Below are positions 9,439 to 19,687 of a stretch of DNA of 64,000 nt, piece by piece. Position 1 is the stretch's first letter. Each line of letters starts with the position of its first letter. The notes under the pieces are model-generated. The model saw only the letters and a list, made by a program, of their open reading frames with translations. It was not told the DNA's origin and did no database searches. Origin of the DNA: Candidatus Altimarinota bacterium (GTDB taxonomy: Bacteria > Patescibacteriota > Gracilibacteria > UBA4473); NCBI GenBank assembly GCA_965231215.1, contig OZ246423.1:992001-1056000 (forward strand), given 5' to 3'. A program made the translations under genes and the position numbers.

Positions 9439-10851
9439 TTAATGTACCAAATCCCGATCCAGCTTATTTTTAAGTTTATCTTTAAGAACCTTGCCCCAAC
9501 CCAAACAGAAGTTTTGGTATTTTATGAGCAGTACATGTCCATTCCGATAGGTTTGATCAAGTGGGAGGTCATAGCCTTGGAGCCAGCGATCTTTTTGTTT
9601 TTGGTTTAGTTCTAAAATGTTTTGAGTTGCTAAGTGACCAAAATTCAGCACAAATTCAGTACTGAGGTTTTGATCCCTAGTAAGCATCAGGATTCCAAAC
9701 CGCCGGTACAGATTTCTCTGGCAGAAATGAGCCGCCTCTTTGGTGGTGATGTAAGTTTGACCCTCTTTGGTAGCTAAAACAAAAGGCTTAAAAGTGTGCC
9801 TTTCTATGCCGAAAGTTTTGCAAAAACGGGTGAGGATTTCGGCTTGATGGTTTTTCTTGAGTAGCGTTGGAGGATTTAGACGCTCTGGTTTGTTTGGAGG
9901 GATAAGTGTTAGGGGTTCTTTTTTCTGGATTTTGCAGAGAAAAAAGCTTTCGGAATCCCATTTTTTGGAGTGCTTGTGTGGCCAAATTCTATAAGTATTT
10001 TCTGAAACTTTTGAGCTAAATTTTTGTTCATAAAATGATTTAACTCCTTTCGTATGGGGAATAGCTTCCAGTTCCACTGGTAAAAAATCAATTTCATCAG
10101 GAAATTGGTTCACCAAAAATTCCACTACAGCTTCATTTTCTTCTGGGGCAGAAGTACAGGTTGAGTACACCATGATTCCGCCTGGACGGAGCATTTTGAA
10201 GGCAGAAACCATTAAACGTTTTTGGAGCTTAGCTGCTTCAAAGATTTTTTTTTCAGACCACATTTGGCTAAAAAATTTTGAATCTTTTCGTCCAAATCCT
10301 TCACTTGAGCACGGGGCATCGAGCAAAATTCTATCAAATTCTTGATCATAAAAATTATGTAAGATTGTTCCATCACTCTGCACCATGACGGTGTTGAGGC
10401 TCCCAAGGCGATCTAGGTTTGAGGCCAGTTTTTTGCTTCTAGAGCCACTGGGTTCATTAGCCACGATCAGACCTGTATTTGCCATCTTTTGGCTCATAAA
10501 AGTAGTTTTTGATCCTGGGGCGGCGCAGAGATCTAGAATCTTTTCTCCAGGTTGAGGATTGAGGGCTACCACCGGCAGCATAGAACTTAAACTCTGGACA
10601 TAGATTTGCCCACTGAAATGTTGAAGGGTGCGGCCGAGAGGCGTTTGATTTTGATCGTCTCGTTCAATAAAAAAAGCTTCTTCGATAGCGCTGGGGGTAA
10701 GACTCCATCCTGGAGGAATATCAAAGTCAGGGGCCGATATCCGAACTACCTTTGGAAGTGGCTCAGTGCCTCTTTGAAAAAAATTCGTCCACTCAGACTC
10801 AGGTAAAAGTTTATGAATTCGTTCAACAAATTTTTGAGGAAAGTTATGCAT
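9439..10851 (-). CDS. rsmF: RsmF/NOL1-NOP2-Sun family RNA m5C methyltransferase
   Basis: LDLCAAPGSKT, ILLDAPCS, VYSTCT..PEENE; RsmF-like C-terminal extension. Confidence 0.85.
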   Translation of the reverse strand: MHNFPQKFVERIHKLLPESEWTNFFQRGTEPLPKVVRISAPDFDIPPGWSLTPSAIEEAFFIERDDQNQTPLGRTLQHFSGQIYVQSLSSMLPVVALNPQPGEKILDLCAAPGSKTTFMSQKMANTGLIVANEPSGSRSKKLASNLDRLGSLNTVMVQSDGTILHNFYDQEFDRILLDAPCSSEGFGRKDSKFFSQMWSEKKIFEAAKLQKRLMVSAFKMLRPGGIMVYSTCTSAPEENEAVVEFLVNQFPDEIDFLPVELEAIPHTKGVKSFYEQKFSSKVSENTYRIWPHKHSKKWDSESFFLCKIQKKEPLTLIPPNKPERLNPPTLLKKNHQAEILTRFCKTFGIERHTFKPFVLATKEGQTYITTKEAAHFCQRNLYRRFGILMLTRDQNLSTEFVLNFGHLATQNILELNQKQKDRWLQGYDLPLDQTYRNGHVLLIKYQNFCLGWGKVLKDKLKNKLDRDLVH

Positions 10852-11083
10852 TGTGTAGGGTATCCTGACGAAGGAAGAATTTCCGCGTATCACTCGGCAG
10901 AAAGCCTTTTAGTTGAGGATTAAATTGGTTAATGAACTAATTTTTTTGAGGCTTTTCGAGTCTTTCTATCAATACCAGAAATTGCCTTAGAGCATAGTAA
11001 ATCTATAGAATTATACTTCTGCGTGAAACCTTTAACAGATTTATTTTTGTGTTGATAGGATCTTTGTAAGCTCAGGATAATAA

Positions 11084-12859
11084 CTACTTCAGATTTACAT
11101 ACATCTGCACATCAAAGGAATTTACCTTCCCTTTTTCTCCCCAAATATTGATAAAGAAGATTTTGGATTTTAGATTTTCTGATTCGTATTCGTAGGTGAG
11201 TTTTTCTGGATTCAGTTCTCTGTTTTCATCCACAATTCTTTCATTCACGAGTTTGTCGATGAAAGGTTTTACATCAATGCTTTCCCATAGATTGCCATTT
11301 TTGTGGATTTCAATCTTGAAGGTTTCCGGTTTGATCTCAAAGTTGAAGGTTTCTCCGTTTAAAGTGATGTCTTTATTGTTGTATCTCCCAGGCATGACAT
11401 GCCAGGTGTAGCCTTCGATATTTCGCGGAGCATTCCCCTGAATACTAAAGTTAAAATGTGTGCTTTCTGATCGCTGCTTTCGTTCCCAATCATTGATAAA
11501 ATCAAACCCTAATTCTTTAGTAATATCACGCGCTAGCCCATATCTATAGACTGTTTTTTCTTTCTCTAACTTTTTCATGATTTTTGGAAAGATTGGACGC
11601 ACGGTTTCATGGCCGTGCCGGCTGATGAGATAATCAACAATATCAGAAATTTCGTATCGAGTTTCTCGATCAAGCTTGATTTTGGTTGGTAGGATTTCAC
11701 CATTTTGCAGAATTTTAGCCTGATGAAGGATTTCTTTGAGTCTGGCCATTTGAGCTCTTTCGCCCATAGCATATCCACTAATAGGGCCTAGTTGGCTCAT
11801 AAAAATAATACCAGTCAGCACTACAAAGGCGGACTTGAAAGTTGCTTTTTTCGAGATCAAAAAATAGAACGAAATCCCGAGCAACCAACACCCTAAAATC
11901 ACGACAAAGTACCGGTTTTCAGTCCAACTATAAGCCTGAATTCTCCACCCTATAGCAATGAAGAGCATTACGATTTGTGGAATGAGCCCCCACCAAAATA
12001 AGCGTCTGTATTTTTCAATTTTTTCTTTCCAGTAGGGAGTCCACAAGAAGTAAGTGAATATGGCTACCGCAGAGAAACAGATAACCAGCCACCCCAACAC
12101 ATTTTTGGGCCATTCCCAGGTGATGAGTACCTTAAAGGTATACGCATACAAAATCACAAAATAGCCTACCGCCAGTGGTGTTAAAATATATTTGGTAAAT
12201 ACATTCATGAAGGCCGGAATAGGTTTGGGCAATTTTAGTTTTTGAGGTTGTTCAGGCAGATGGGCGAGAAAAAATAATGGAGCAAAAGCACCAATTATCG
12301 CTACCCAGGTCTGAAAATAAATTTTATGGTCGAATTCCACCCCAAACAAACTATCTATGGCAAAGAAAGCGGCCGCAATACCTCCAAAAAGCACACCACT
12401 AAAGAATCCCGTCACCACTATGTTCATGATAAGTTTTCGGTTCCATTCCCAGATGAGGGGGTTTTCAGCTCGGGATTTCCAATAAGGAACCCAGGTAAGC
12501 GCTACCACTGAGCCAAGACAGAGAAACACATGTCGCATCCAGAACTTGCTTCCGGCCGTATCAGGATCTTCTGGTAAAAAGTAGTAATAGGTTCCCATCA
12601 GGAGCACGCCCAAGATCATTACTCCACTGCGTTTGGTTTTATCTACAGTTTCACACGCCAGAGCCAACGCGGCAAAAAATACCGTAGAGAGGCTCGCGAT
12701 AAATAGTGTTCGCCATAGCCAATTATCATCGATGTTATGTTCAATAGCATAGATAGCTATGATAGTTCCGATAAACGCCGAAACGGTGGCGAGTGGAAAA
12801 CGCAAAAAAGTCATTTTGCTGCGTTCCCCAATTTGAGTGAGTGACGGAAGTTTGATCAT
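11084..12859 (-). CDS. DUF4153-like polytopic membrane protein
   Basis: RFPL start, about 11 TM segments, RIQAYSWTENRY motif, soluble C-terminus. Confidence 0.8.
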   Translation of the reverse strand: MIKLPSLTQIGERSKMTFLRFPLATVSAFIGTIIAIYAIEHNIDDNWLWRTLFIASLSTVFFAALALACETVDKTKRSGVMILGVLLMGTYYYFLPEDPDTAGSKFWMRHVFLCLGSVVALTWVPYWKSRAENPLIWEWNRKLIMNIVVTGFFSGVLFGGIAAAFFAIDSLFGVEFDHKIYFQTWVAIIGAFAPLFFLAHLPEQPQKLKLPKPIPAFMNVFTKYILTPLAVGYFVILYAYTFKVLITWEWPKNVLGWLVICFSAVAIFTYFLWTPYWKEKIEKYRRLFWWGLIPQIVMLFIAIGWRIQAYSWTENRYFVVILGCWLLGISFYFLISKKATFKSAFVVLTGIIFMSQLGPISGYAMGERAQMARLKEILHQAKILQNGEILPTKIKLDRETRYEISDIVDYLISRHGHETVRPIFPKIMKKLEKEKTVYRYGLARDITKELGFDFINDWERKQRSESTHFNFSIQGNAPRNIEGYTWHVMPGRYNNKDITLNGETFNFEIKPETFKIEIHKNGNLWESIDVKPFIDKLVNERIVDENRELNPEKLTYEYESENLKSKIFFINIWGEKGKVNSFDVQMYVNLK

Positions 12860-13015
12860 AGATTTATTTTTGGTGGATTTTATTATTAGTCAATTACCAA
12901 GATATTGACATATTTTTATTTGATTTTTTTAATATTTTTTGTATAGAGGAAAAGATAATAAAAGAAATAACTCATTTGTAATTTTCTAAAACATCCCTAA
13001 AAACACGTCAGAATT

Positions 13016-13369
13016 ATGACTGAATGTTTACTTGTAGCTCCAGAAGAATCCCCAGACTATCATATGGTAGGTATTGTTTGCAGTACTGAAGGAACCTGGA
13101 AAGCTTTAGCTGAATTAGACTACCCAAGAGCTCTATCATTAGTAAAAGATGATGGTGATCTAATTGACTTAGCTTCTATTGTTGTGGTCGCAAATAAAAA
13201 GGCTTCTGATAGTGATTTTAATGGTGTCATAAGCGAGCTCAAAAATATGAAGATAAAGGGTGAAAAGATAAGTTTAGATAGCTTAAAACAAAAAATGATA
13301 GAGGTTTATGGAGAATTCCAAAATATACAGGAGTTGTCCCATAAAATTGACTCCTCAAATGTTGCATAG
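13016..13369 (+). CDS. Hypothetical protein
   Basis: 117-aa ORF filling the gap between genes; no recognisable motif. Confidence 0.6.
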   Translation: MTECLLVAPEESPDYHMVGIVCSTEGTWKALAELDYPRALSLVKDDGDLIDLASIVVVANKKASDSDFNGVISELKNMKIKGEKISLDSLKQKMIEVYGEFQNIQELSHKIDSSNVA

Positions 13370-13427
13370 TTAGAATTTAGAAATTTTTTTCATAGAGCTA
13401 TGCAAGCTATCGGATTTGCAGCATAGG

Positions 13428-14228
13428 TTAATGCGGTTGTAAATTAAGATTCTGAAAATTCTGAGCCACGTGTATCCACTCTTCCACACTGAGTGTTTCA
13501 GCCCTACGGTTCGGATCAATATCCCCCAATAGCTTTTCCGCCGGCACGCCAAAGAACTTGCCTAGATGATTACCCAGTTTTTTTCGTTTTTCATTAAAGC
13601 CCGCATTCACCACGGTAAAGAAGTCTTTTTGCCTATCTTTGGAGACGAGTGGTTGTTCACGGATATCAAGCCGCATAATGGCAGAATCTACCTTTGGAGC
13701 CGGAGTAAAGTTTTCGCGATTAACGGTGAAACAGTACGCGGGTTCAGCAAAGACCTCAACCGAAATAGAAAGAATAGATTTCTTTCTAGGGGTACAGATT
13801 TTTTGGGCGACCTCTTTTTGCACCATTAGGATGGCAAATTCAGGCTTATTCTGTGTTTTTTCTAGAATTTTTCGGAGGATCGGATTCGTAATATTGTAAG
13901 GAATATTGGCTATTATTGAATAATTTTTTTGTTCAAAAATAGCGTCCAAATCCTCATCCAAAAAATCACCCTGTATCAGACGAAAATTATCTTTATGTCC
14001 TAGGTCTTGCTCTAACAACTTAGCCGCACGTTCATCAAATTCTATAGCCGTGAGATTAGCTTTGGCTTTGAGGAGGGAAGTGGTGAGAAACCCAAGTCCC
14101 GGACCAATTTCTAAAATGTTTGTACCACTAATATCACCCGCTTCTTCTAAAATTCCATCTCGTATTTGGGGGTTATTGAGGAAATTCTGGCCGAGGCTTT
14201 TTTTGGCAAAGGTTTTTTTCTTTTTCAT
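13428..14228 (-). CDS. rsmA: 16S rRNA adenine dimethyltransferase RsmA/KsgA
   Basis: KKSLGQNFL, LEIGPGLG, ANIPYNIT, MVQKEVA, PAPKVDS, RRAETLS. Confidence 0.97.
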   Translation of the reverse strand: MKKKKTFAKKSLGQNFLNNPQIRDGILEEAGDISGTNILEIGPGLGFLTTSLLKAKANLTAIEFDERAAKLLEQDLGHKDNFRLIQGDFLDEDLDAIFEQKNYSIIANIPYNITNPILRKILEKTQNKPEFAILMVQKEVAQKICTPRKKSILSISVEVFAEPAYCFTVNRENFTPAPKVDSAIMRLDIREQPLVSKDRQKDFFTVVNAGFNEKRKKLGNHLGKFFGVPAEKLLGDIDPNRRAETLSVEEWIHVAQNFQNLNLQPH

Positions 14229-14229
14229 G

Positions 14230-14865
14230 TTAGGATACTTCACCATCTAACACTTGCTGGATCAACCGTTCAAAGCTTTGTTCTGGAATAGCTCCAGGGA
14301 CTGGAATAGAGTCATTAATCAAAAAGAATGGAGTGCCTTTAACCCCTAAACTTTCTCCAAATTTTCTATCAGCTTCAACCACTCCTTTTTCTGAACCACT
14401 AGTGGCACAAGCATTAAATTCGTCCATATCGAGTTCGACACTTTCGGCGGCTTTTTGCAGGTTTTCGGGTTGGTAGTTTCCAAAATAATTGAGGAATAAA
14501 GTATCATGGTATTCATTAAATTTCCCTTGGGTTCGGGCACATTCTGCGGTTTCGGCCACTAAGAAAGTAGCTGGAGAAAGGGGAAAGTGTTTCTCGATTA
14601 TCTCAATTTTTTCCCCAAATTTTTCTTTGAGGTTTACCGTAATTTCATGCGCATTACGACAATGTCCACACCCATAATCAAAAAATTCAATAATTTTTAC
14701 CACTTCAGGTGGTTCAACACTTAAAGTTTCTGGTTGCTTTTGTAATTCTTTGGTTTTTTCAGCATTGTTTTGATTGGCTTCTTCGGCTTTTCCTGTGATT
14801 TCATCTGAAGGATTAAGACTACAAGCACTCAGTACTAAGGCGAAACCGATAATCCATTGTCTCAT
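14230..14865 (-). CDS. DsbA-family thiol-disulfide oxidoreductase lipoprotein
   Basis: Lipobox LSAC; EFFDYGCGHC; KHFPL; GVKGTPFF. Confidence 0.9.
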   Translation of the reverse strand: MRQWIIGFALVLSACSLNPSDEITGKAEEANQNNAEKTKELQKQPETLSVEPPEVVKIIEFFDYGCGHCRNAHEITVNLKEKFGEKIEIIEKHFPLSPATFLVAETAECARTQGKFNEYHDTLFLNYFGNYQPENLQKAAESVELDMDEFNACATSGSEKGVVEADRKFGESLGVKGTPFFLINDSIPVPGAIPEQSFERLIQQVLDGEVS

Positions 14866-15641
14866 TTTTTACGCTGAAAGAGAAGTACACTTCCTAAAAC
14901 CACCATTAGTAAACATAAAACCTGTCCCATTGTCAAAGGCCCTACATAAAAATTTGGTTCCCTCACATATTCAATCAAAAATCTCATACCTCCGTATCCA
15001 AATAGTAAAATGAGAAAAAGGGTTCCTCGTTTTGGTTTATATTTCCATAACACAAAGAGGATAATACTGGCTATAACTAGATTTTTACCAGCTTCATAGA
15101 GTTGGCTTGGATGGCGCAGTAACTCATCTATGTGTGGGAAGATCACTCCCCAGGTTTGATCGGTTGGTCGCCCAATAAGTTCTCCGTTGATAAAGTTTGC
15201 TAGACGCCCTAAAAATAAAGTTAAAGCCAGAGGGAGGGCAAAGCTATCGGCTAGAGTCATAAAAGATTGCTGATACCGTTTGCACCACCAGAGGCCGTAT
15301 ACAAGCACGGCCAAAATACCTCCATGGATAGACATACCCCCTTCCCAGATTTTTATCAATTGTAGCGGATCTTCAATCAAGGTTTGAGTATTATAGAATA
15401 AAAAATATCCAATTCTGCCGCCCAAAATCCCTATCAAAAAACCACCCAAAACCAGGTTCTCAAAATCTGATTTGGTGAGCTTGTTTTTTTTATCCTTGAA
15501 GCAGGTTTCAAAAACCCACCATCCTAAGTGATACATGAGAAAAAACCCAGCCAAATAGGCCAGCCCATACCAGCGTACTTCTAGCCCAGAAAAGCTAAAA
15601 GCTATAGGGTCTAAATTCCAAGTATAAATCATTGTCCGCAT
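14862..15641 (-). CDS. lgt: Prolipoprotein diacylglyceryl transferase
   Basis: RWYGL, GGRIGY, GGMSIHGG, GRLANFINGEL, RHPSQLYE. Confidence 0.97.
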   Translation of the reverse strand: MRTMIYTWNLDPIAFSFSGLEVRWYGLAYLAGFFLMYHLGWWVFETCFKDKKNKLTKSDFENLVLGGFLIGILGGRIGYFLFYNTQTLIEDPLQLIKIWEGGMSIHGGILAVLVYGLWWCKRYQQSFMTLADSFALPLALTLFLGRLANFINGELIGRPTDQTWGVIFPHIDELLRHPSQLYEAGKNLVIASIILFVLWKYKPKRGTLFLILLFGYGGMRFLIEYVREPNFYVGPLTMGQVLCLLMVVLGSVLLFQRKK

Positions 15642-15833
15642 TATGCTGTGTTGATTAAATTGGACTAGAAAATATTATTGACTTTTTGCAGTTTTGTGTA
15701 TGTATTAGATTTTTTTGGAAATAAAAATCCAGCACTAGTGCGAAAATTTGAAGAGTTTTAGAACCACGACTTACTTGGAGAGATCTACATCCAAAGGCTT
15801 CCTAGCAGTCATTTTTGAGGCCTGTTTATCAAC

Positions 15834-16457
15834 CTATTTAAAAACCTCAAACTTATAAACTTTGATGAGTGGTGTAATAATATTGAGTCCAGGCAGGGTT
15901 ACGATTTTGTTCCACCGCTCTACTTCGCGGTTGTAGACTTTTTGGAGCTGGACGAGTTTCCCGTCTATAAATTCTAGATCTCGAACAATTTTTTCAAATT
16001 TGGTGCCTTGTTGGATTTTTTTGTCTCTATCTAAATTGGTGAAATAGTGAAATAAGATTTCTGAAACCTTTTCTTCCATCTCCATTCGAGCTTCAGGATC
16101 TTTTTTGAGTGAAATCTGTCGGCATTCATCTCGGATAGATAATAATTCTTTTTGAGTTTGGTCATCCAGCAGTTTGTCTTTCTTTGACAAGCTAATCACC
16201 AAAGGGATCAGCATTTGACGTTTTGTTAGAAAAAAGAGGATAAAGATCCAGAGTTTTTCAATTTTTTTCTGACGACTGTGAATACGTTTTAGAACCACTA
16301 TTATAATAGCTAAAATCACCAAAATAATCAGAATGTTTACCCCGTATTGAATAAAAAAATTGCTCAATATTTCAATGTATCCTATATCTGGTTTTGGGAC
16401 TTCAAATTCAGGAAGGAAATTCCCATTTTCGGCGTCAGACCTACGTACTCCAGCCAT
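15834..16457 (-). CDS. LemA-like single-TM helical protein
   Basis: TM segment followed by KRQMLIPL and YNREVERWN....PG, resembling LemA. Confidence 0.6.
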   Translation of the reverse strand: MAGVRRSDAENGNFLPEFEVPKPDIGYIEILSNFFIQYGVNILIILVILAIIIVVLKRIHSRQKKIEKLWIFILFFLTKRQMLIPLVISLSKKDKLLDDQTQKELLSIRDECRQISLKKDPEARMEMEEKVSEILFHYFTNLDRDKKIQQGTKFEKIVRDLEFIDGKLVQLQKVYNREVERWNKIVTLPGLNIITPLIKVYKFEVFK

Positions 16458-16603
16458 TACCGTTCAAGGGTTTGAGAAAATACAATAGACGCATCAAATC
16501 CATGATGCCCAAACGTAGATTTGATCTCTTGTTCCAGACGGTCAATCGTCGGTGTCGGTACGTCCATTTTACTCGTATCGAAGCCAAAAAGTTGATTTCC
16601 CAT
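16457..16603 (-). CDS. Small 48-aa ORF coupled by TAATG overlap to the LemA-like gene (not in the ORF track)
   Basis: Manual translation MGNQLFGFDTSKMDVPTPTIDRLEQEIKSTFGHHGFDASIVFSQTLER*; its stop overlaps the next ATG. Confidence 0.5.
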   Translation of the reverse strand: MGNQLFGFDTSKMDVPTPTIDRLEQEIKSTFGHHGFDASIVFSQTLER

Positions 16604-16642
16604 TTCGTTTGTTCTGTAAAAATTTTATGATGTTTGCGCTAA

Positions 16643-17740
16643 ATGACAAATCAAAAACCTTTAATTGACGGTCAAAATCTATGGAGTAGGTTTGATGCCC
16701 CTCTGGCTTCGTACGCCCAAAAAAACGCTGATAGTCTAGGACGAGAACATCCCCATACGGCTGATCCAAACCGTTTACCGTTTCAACGGGATAGAGATAG
16801 GATCTTACATAGTAAAGCGTTTCGGCGTCTTCAGGGAAAGATGCAAGTGGTTACTCCCCGAACCGGAGACCATTATAGAAATCGCTCAAGTCATACCTTA
16901 GAGGTAACACAAGTGGCACGGGATATAGCACGAGAACTTCAGCTCAACGAAGATTTAGCCGAATCTATAGCCCTGGCGCATGATCTGGGGCATTCACCAT
17001 TTGGCCATTCTGGAGAAACGGCATTAGATCAAAAAATGAAAGCCTTTGGCCTGAGCTTTGAACATAACCTGCAATCCCTGCGTGTCGTAAAATTTTTTGA
17101 AAATCGGTATCCTGATTTCCCAGGGCTAAACCTTTCATTTGAGGTACTTGAGGGGATGCGAAAACACGATCGATCTTTTGGAGATGAGAACTACTTTCCT
17201 CACCTAGAATCTCAACTCGTAGACATCTCAGATGAAATTGCCTACTTGTCGGCCGATTTAGAGGATGGTCTTAGAGGTGAATTTTTGGATGTATCAAAAT
17301 TAAAAAACCTCCCTATCTGTGATGCTGTATTGGATCAAATCCCAGCACGTAGCCCGAACTCATTTTTTGTAGGGAAGGTGATACATATCCTTATTGAGGC
17401 GTTAGTAACCAACACTCGTTCTAATTTAAAGGTTCACAACATACAGACACAATCAGACGTGCAACACTGTCCTCATAACTTGATTGCCTTTGATAAAGAT
17501 ACGGACAAAAAATTCCAAATCATTAAAACCTATCTCTATGAAAACTACTATCGAGCTCCAGAAGTAAGAGCCGTCAGTAAGGCCGGTGAAGAAAGCCTCA
17601 AAAAGGCTTTTGATATCCTGCTCTTACATCCTGAAAAAATTCCTAAAGCGTTTATGCCAGAAGAAAATATACACCAAAGAATCTGTGATTATTTGGCAGG
17701 AATGACCGATAATTTTTTGTCAGAGTTTGTAAAAAATTAG
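16643..17740 (+). CDS. dgt: dNTP triphosphohydrolase (dGTPase, HD domain)
   Basis: FQRDRDRILHSKAFRRLQGK.QV, HDLGHSPFGHSGE, FEHN, DEIAY..ADLEDG, DYLAGMTD. Confidence 0.95.
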   Translation: MTNQKPLIDGQNLWSRFDAPLASYAQKNADSLGREHPHTADPNRLPFQRDRDRILHSKAFRRLQGKMQVVTPRTGDHYRNRSSHTLEVTQVARDIARELQLNEDLAESIALAHDLGHSPFGHSGETALDQKMKAFGLSFEHNLQSLRVVKFFENRYPDFPGLNLSFEVLEGMRKHDRSFGDENYFPHLESQLVDISDEIAYLSADLEDGLRGEFLDVSKLKNLPICDAVLDQIPARSPNSFFVGKVIHILIEALVTNTRSNLKVHNIQTQSDVQHCPHNLIAFDKDTDKKFQIIKTYLYENYYRAPEVRAVSKAGEESLKKAFDILLLHPEKIPKAFMPEENIHQRICDYLAGMTDNFLSEFVKN

Positions 17741-17958
17741 TGTTGAAGATCGAATTTTTTCCCCAAAAGCTTATCCCTTTTAGTATGGGGTAATATGGAG
17801 TTGAGGGCTCTGTCTCTCTGCTAGTTTCATAAATACTAGGCGGGAGTAGCCCTAGAAAGGGTTTGGTGATTGAGATTTATTATAAAAAGTTCTCTGATTT
17901 TAGGATTTGTGTTATTACGGATTCGGTCTACACTAGAGACCTACAAAATTTATAGAAA

Positions 17959-19623
17959 ATGAAGATTGGCTCGATAGGAATTATTGGCGGAACTGGAGGG
18001 TTGGGGGCCCGATTTGCCCGATTTTTTGAGGAAAATTTTCCAGGCGTAGAAGTTGTGGTTTCTGGAAGGGAAACTGAAATCACGAATAAAAATATTGTTC
18101 AAAAATGCGATCTCGTTATTTTCGCCGTACCGATTGATCAAACCCTAGAGGTGATGACCCAATTAGTCCCAGCATCTCGTGAAGATCAGATATGGATGGA
18201 TTTTACCAGTATCAAAACTCAACCGGTTAAATCTATGCTGGCTTCAAAAGCGCAGGTTTGTGGAGCTCACCCGCTTTTTGGCCCCATGCCTCATATCGAA
18301 GGACAGACTTTTATTTACTGTCCAGAACGGATTGAAGCCTCATCTCTGGAATCGGTTTTAGAATTTTTCCAGGCCTTTGATCTCGTTGAGTTGTCTCCCA
18401 AAGAGCATGATGATCTTATGGGAATTGTTCAGTGTGCCTCACATTTTTCAGATATGGTTATGGCCGAAGCGATTAAAAATTCTGGCTTTGATTTTTCAAA
18501 AGTGTGGCAGGTGTCGTCCCCTTCGTATCGCTTGAAGCTTGAAGTAATGGGGAGAATGTTTGCCCAAAACCCAAACCTTTATGCCGACATTGCCATACAG
18601 AATCTAAGTGGGTCAGGAGCGACGGAATCTTTTATCAAGGCCGCTCAAGATTTAGGAACAAAAGTAAAAGCAGGCAATAGAGATTTTATGATCAATAATT
18701 TTGTTCAATCAAGGAAATTTCTTACTCCTCAATTTTGTGCTCAAGCCTATGAAAATTCACAAAACTTTTTAGCCGCTTATAGCGTCGATTTAGAAGCAAA
18801 AAAAGTTTCTAGTTTAGAAAAAAAAGGAGATTTAGCGGTTTTTGGAGAACCACATTCTCATACCGATGAGGTGGCAGAGAGTCTTTTTGATGGAGAATCT
18901 AAAATCTACTTTAAAAATATTTTTAGACTTTTTGAAGCGCTTCAAAATGGGCAGGTGCAAAAGGGGATAGTGCCTTATGAGAATTCTTACGAAGGCTCAG
19001 TATTTGAAGTCATTGATGAACTTTTTGATCACCGAGATATTGCTATTACACAGATTACTTCAAGACCTATTTCGCAAAACTTGATGATGGTGGAAGGAGG
19101 AAAAAGAGAGTATATTGAAACGATTTTTTCTCATCCTCAGGCCTTAGCGCAGAGTAAGCAGTTTTTGAGAGCCCACTGCCCAAGAGCTGAACTCAATCAG
19201 ATGGCCTCTACCTCTACTGCCGCCAGAAAAGTATCTCAGGCGCAAAATAAAACTTGGGCCGCTATTGGCTCACAAACCTTGGCTCAAGATTTAGGGTTGA
19301 CCATAGTCGCTTCCGATATTTCCCCAGAGGATAATGAGACTCGCTTTGTAGTGATTGAGAAAAATCCTCCCATCACTAAAACCCAAAATACCGCTTTTGT
19401 TTTTTGGTTTAACAAAGACAGATCAGGGAATCTTGCTGAAGTGCTCCAGTATTTTTCTGTAGCGGGTATAAACCTCACAAAGCTGGATTCTCGTAGGGCG
19501 GAAGAAGCGTATGGAGGTTTTGTGTTTTTTGTAGATGCAGAAGTGAGTTGGGATCAGTTTAAAAATATAGAAGAAGATTTAGCTTCGATGGTAGCGGGTA
19601 TGCGGGTTTTAGGAGGTTATTAG
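17959..19623 (+). CDS. Prephenate dehydrogenase - prephenate dehydratase - ACT fusion (TyrA-PheA)
   Basis: IIGGTGGLG, DFTSIK, HPLFGP, EHD (TyrA); PYENSYEGSV, SHPQALAQS, DNETRF (PDT); GNLAEVL..F...GINLTKLDSR (ACT). Confidence 0.9.
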   Translation: MKIGSIGIIGGTGGLGARFARFFEENFPGVEVVVSGRETEITNKNIVQKCDLVIFAVPIDQTLEVMTQLVPASREDQIWMDFTSIKTQPVKSMLASKAQVCGAHPLFGPMPHIEGQTFIYCPERIEASSLESVLEFFQAFDLVELSPKEHDDLMGIVQCASHFSDMVMAEAIKNSGFDFSKVWQVSSPSYRLKLEVMGRMFAQNPNLYADIAIQNLSGSGATESFIKAAQDLGTKVKAGNRDFMINNFVQSRKFLTPQFCAQAYENSQNFLAAYSVDLEAKKVSSLEKKGDLAVFGEPHSHTDEVAESLFDGESKIYFKNIFRLFEALQNGQVQKGIVPYENSYEGSVFEVIDELFDHRDIAITQITSRPISQNLMMVEGGKREYIETIFSHPQALAQSKQFLRAHCPRAELNQMASTSTAARKVSQAQNKTWAAIGSQTLAQDLGLTIVASDISPEDNETRFVVIEKNPPITKTQNTAFVFWFNKDRSGNLAEVLQYFSVAGINLTKLDSRRAEEAYGGFVFFVDAEVSWDQFKNIEEDLASMVAGMRVLGGY

Positions 19624-19687
19624 GAGGTTTTATTACTAGTATCGGTTTGTTTTTTGTGGTATAATCACTAGATTGTATGCAAACTTT

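Noticed and set aside
16643-17740. dGTPase as an antiphage defence gene
   Set aside because: Resembles the ordinary housekeeping type and has no defence-island neighbours.
17741-17958. T-box or Phe/Tyr attenuator upstream of tyrA-pheA
   Set aside because: No T-box GGTGGNACC consensus; the only short ORF (MELRALSLC) lacks Phe and Tyr codons.
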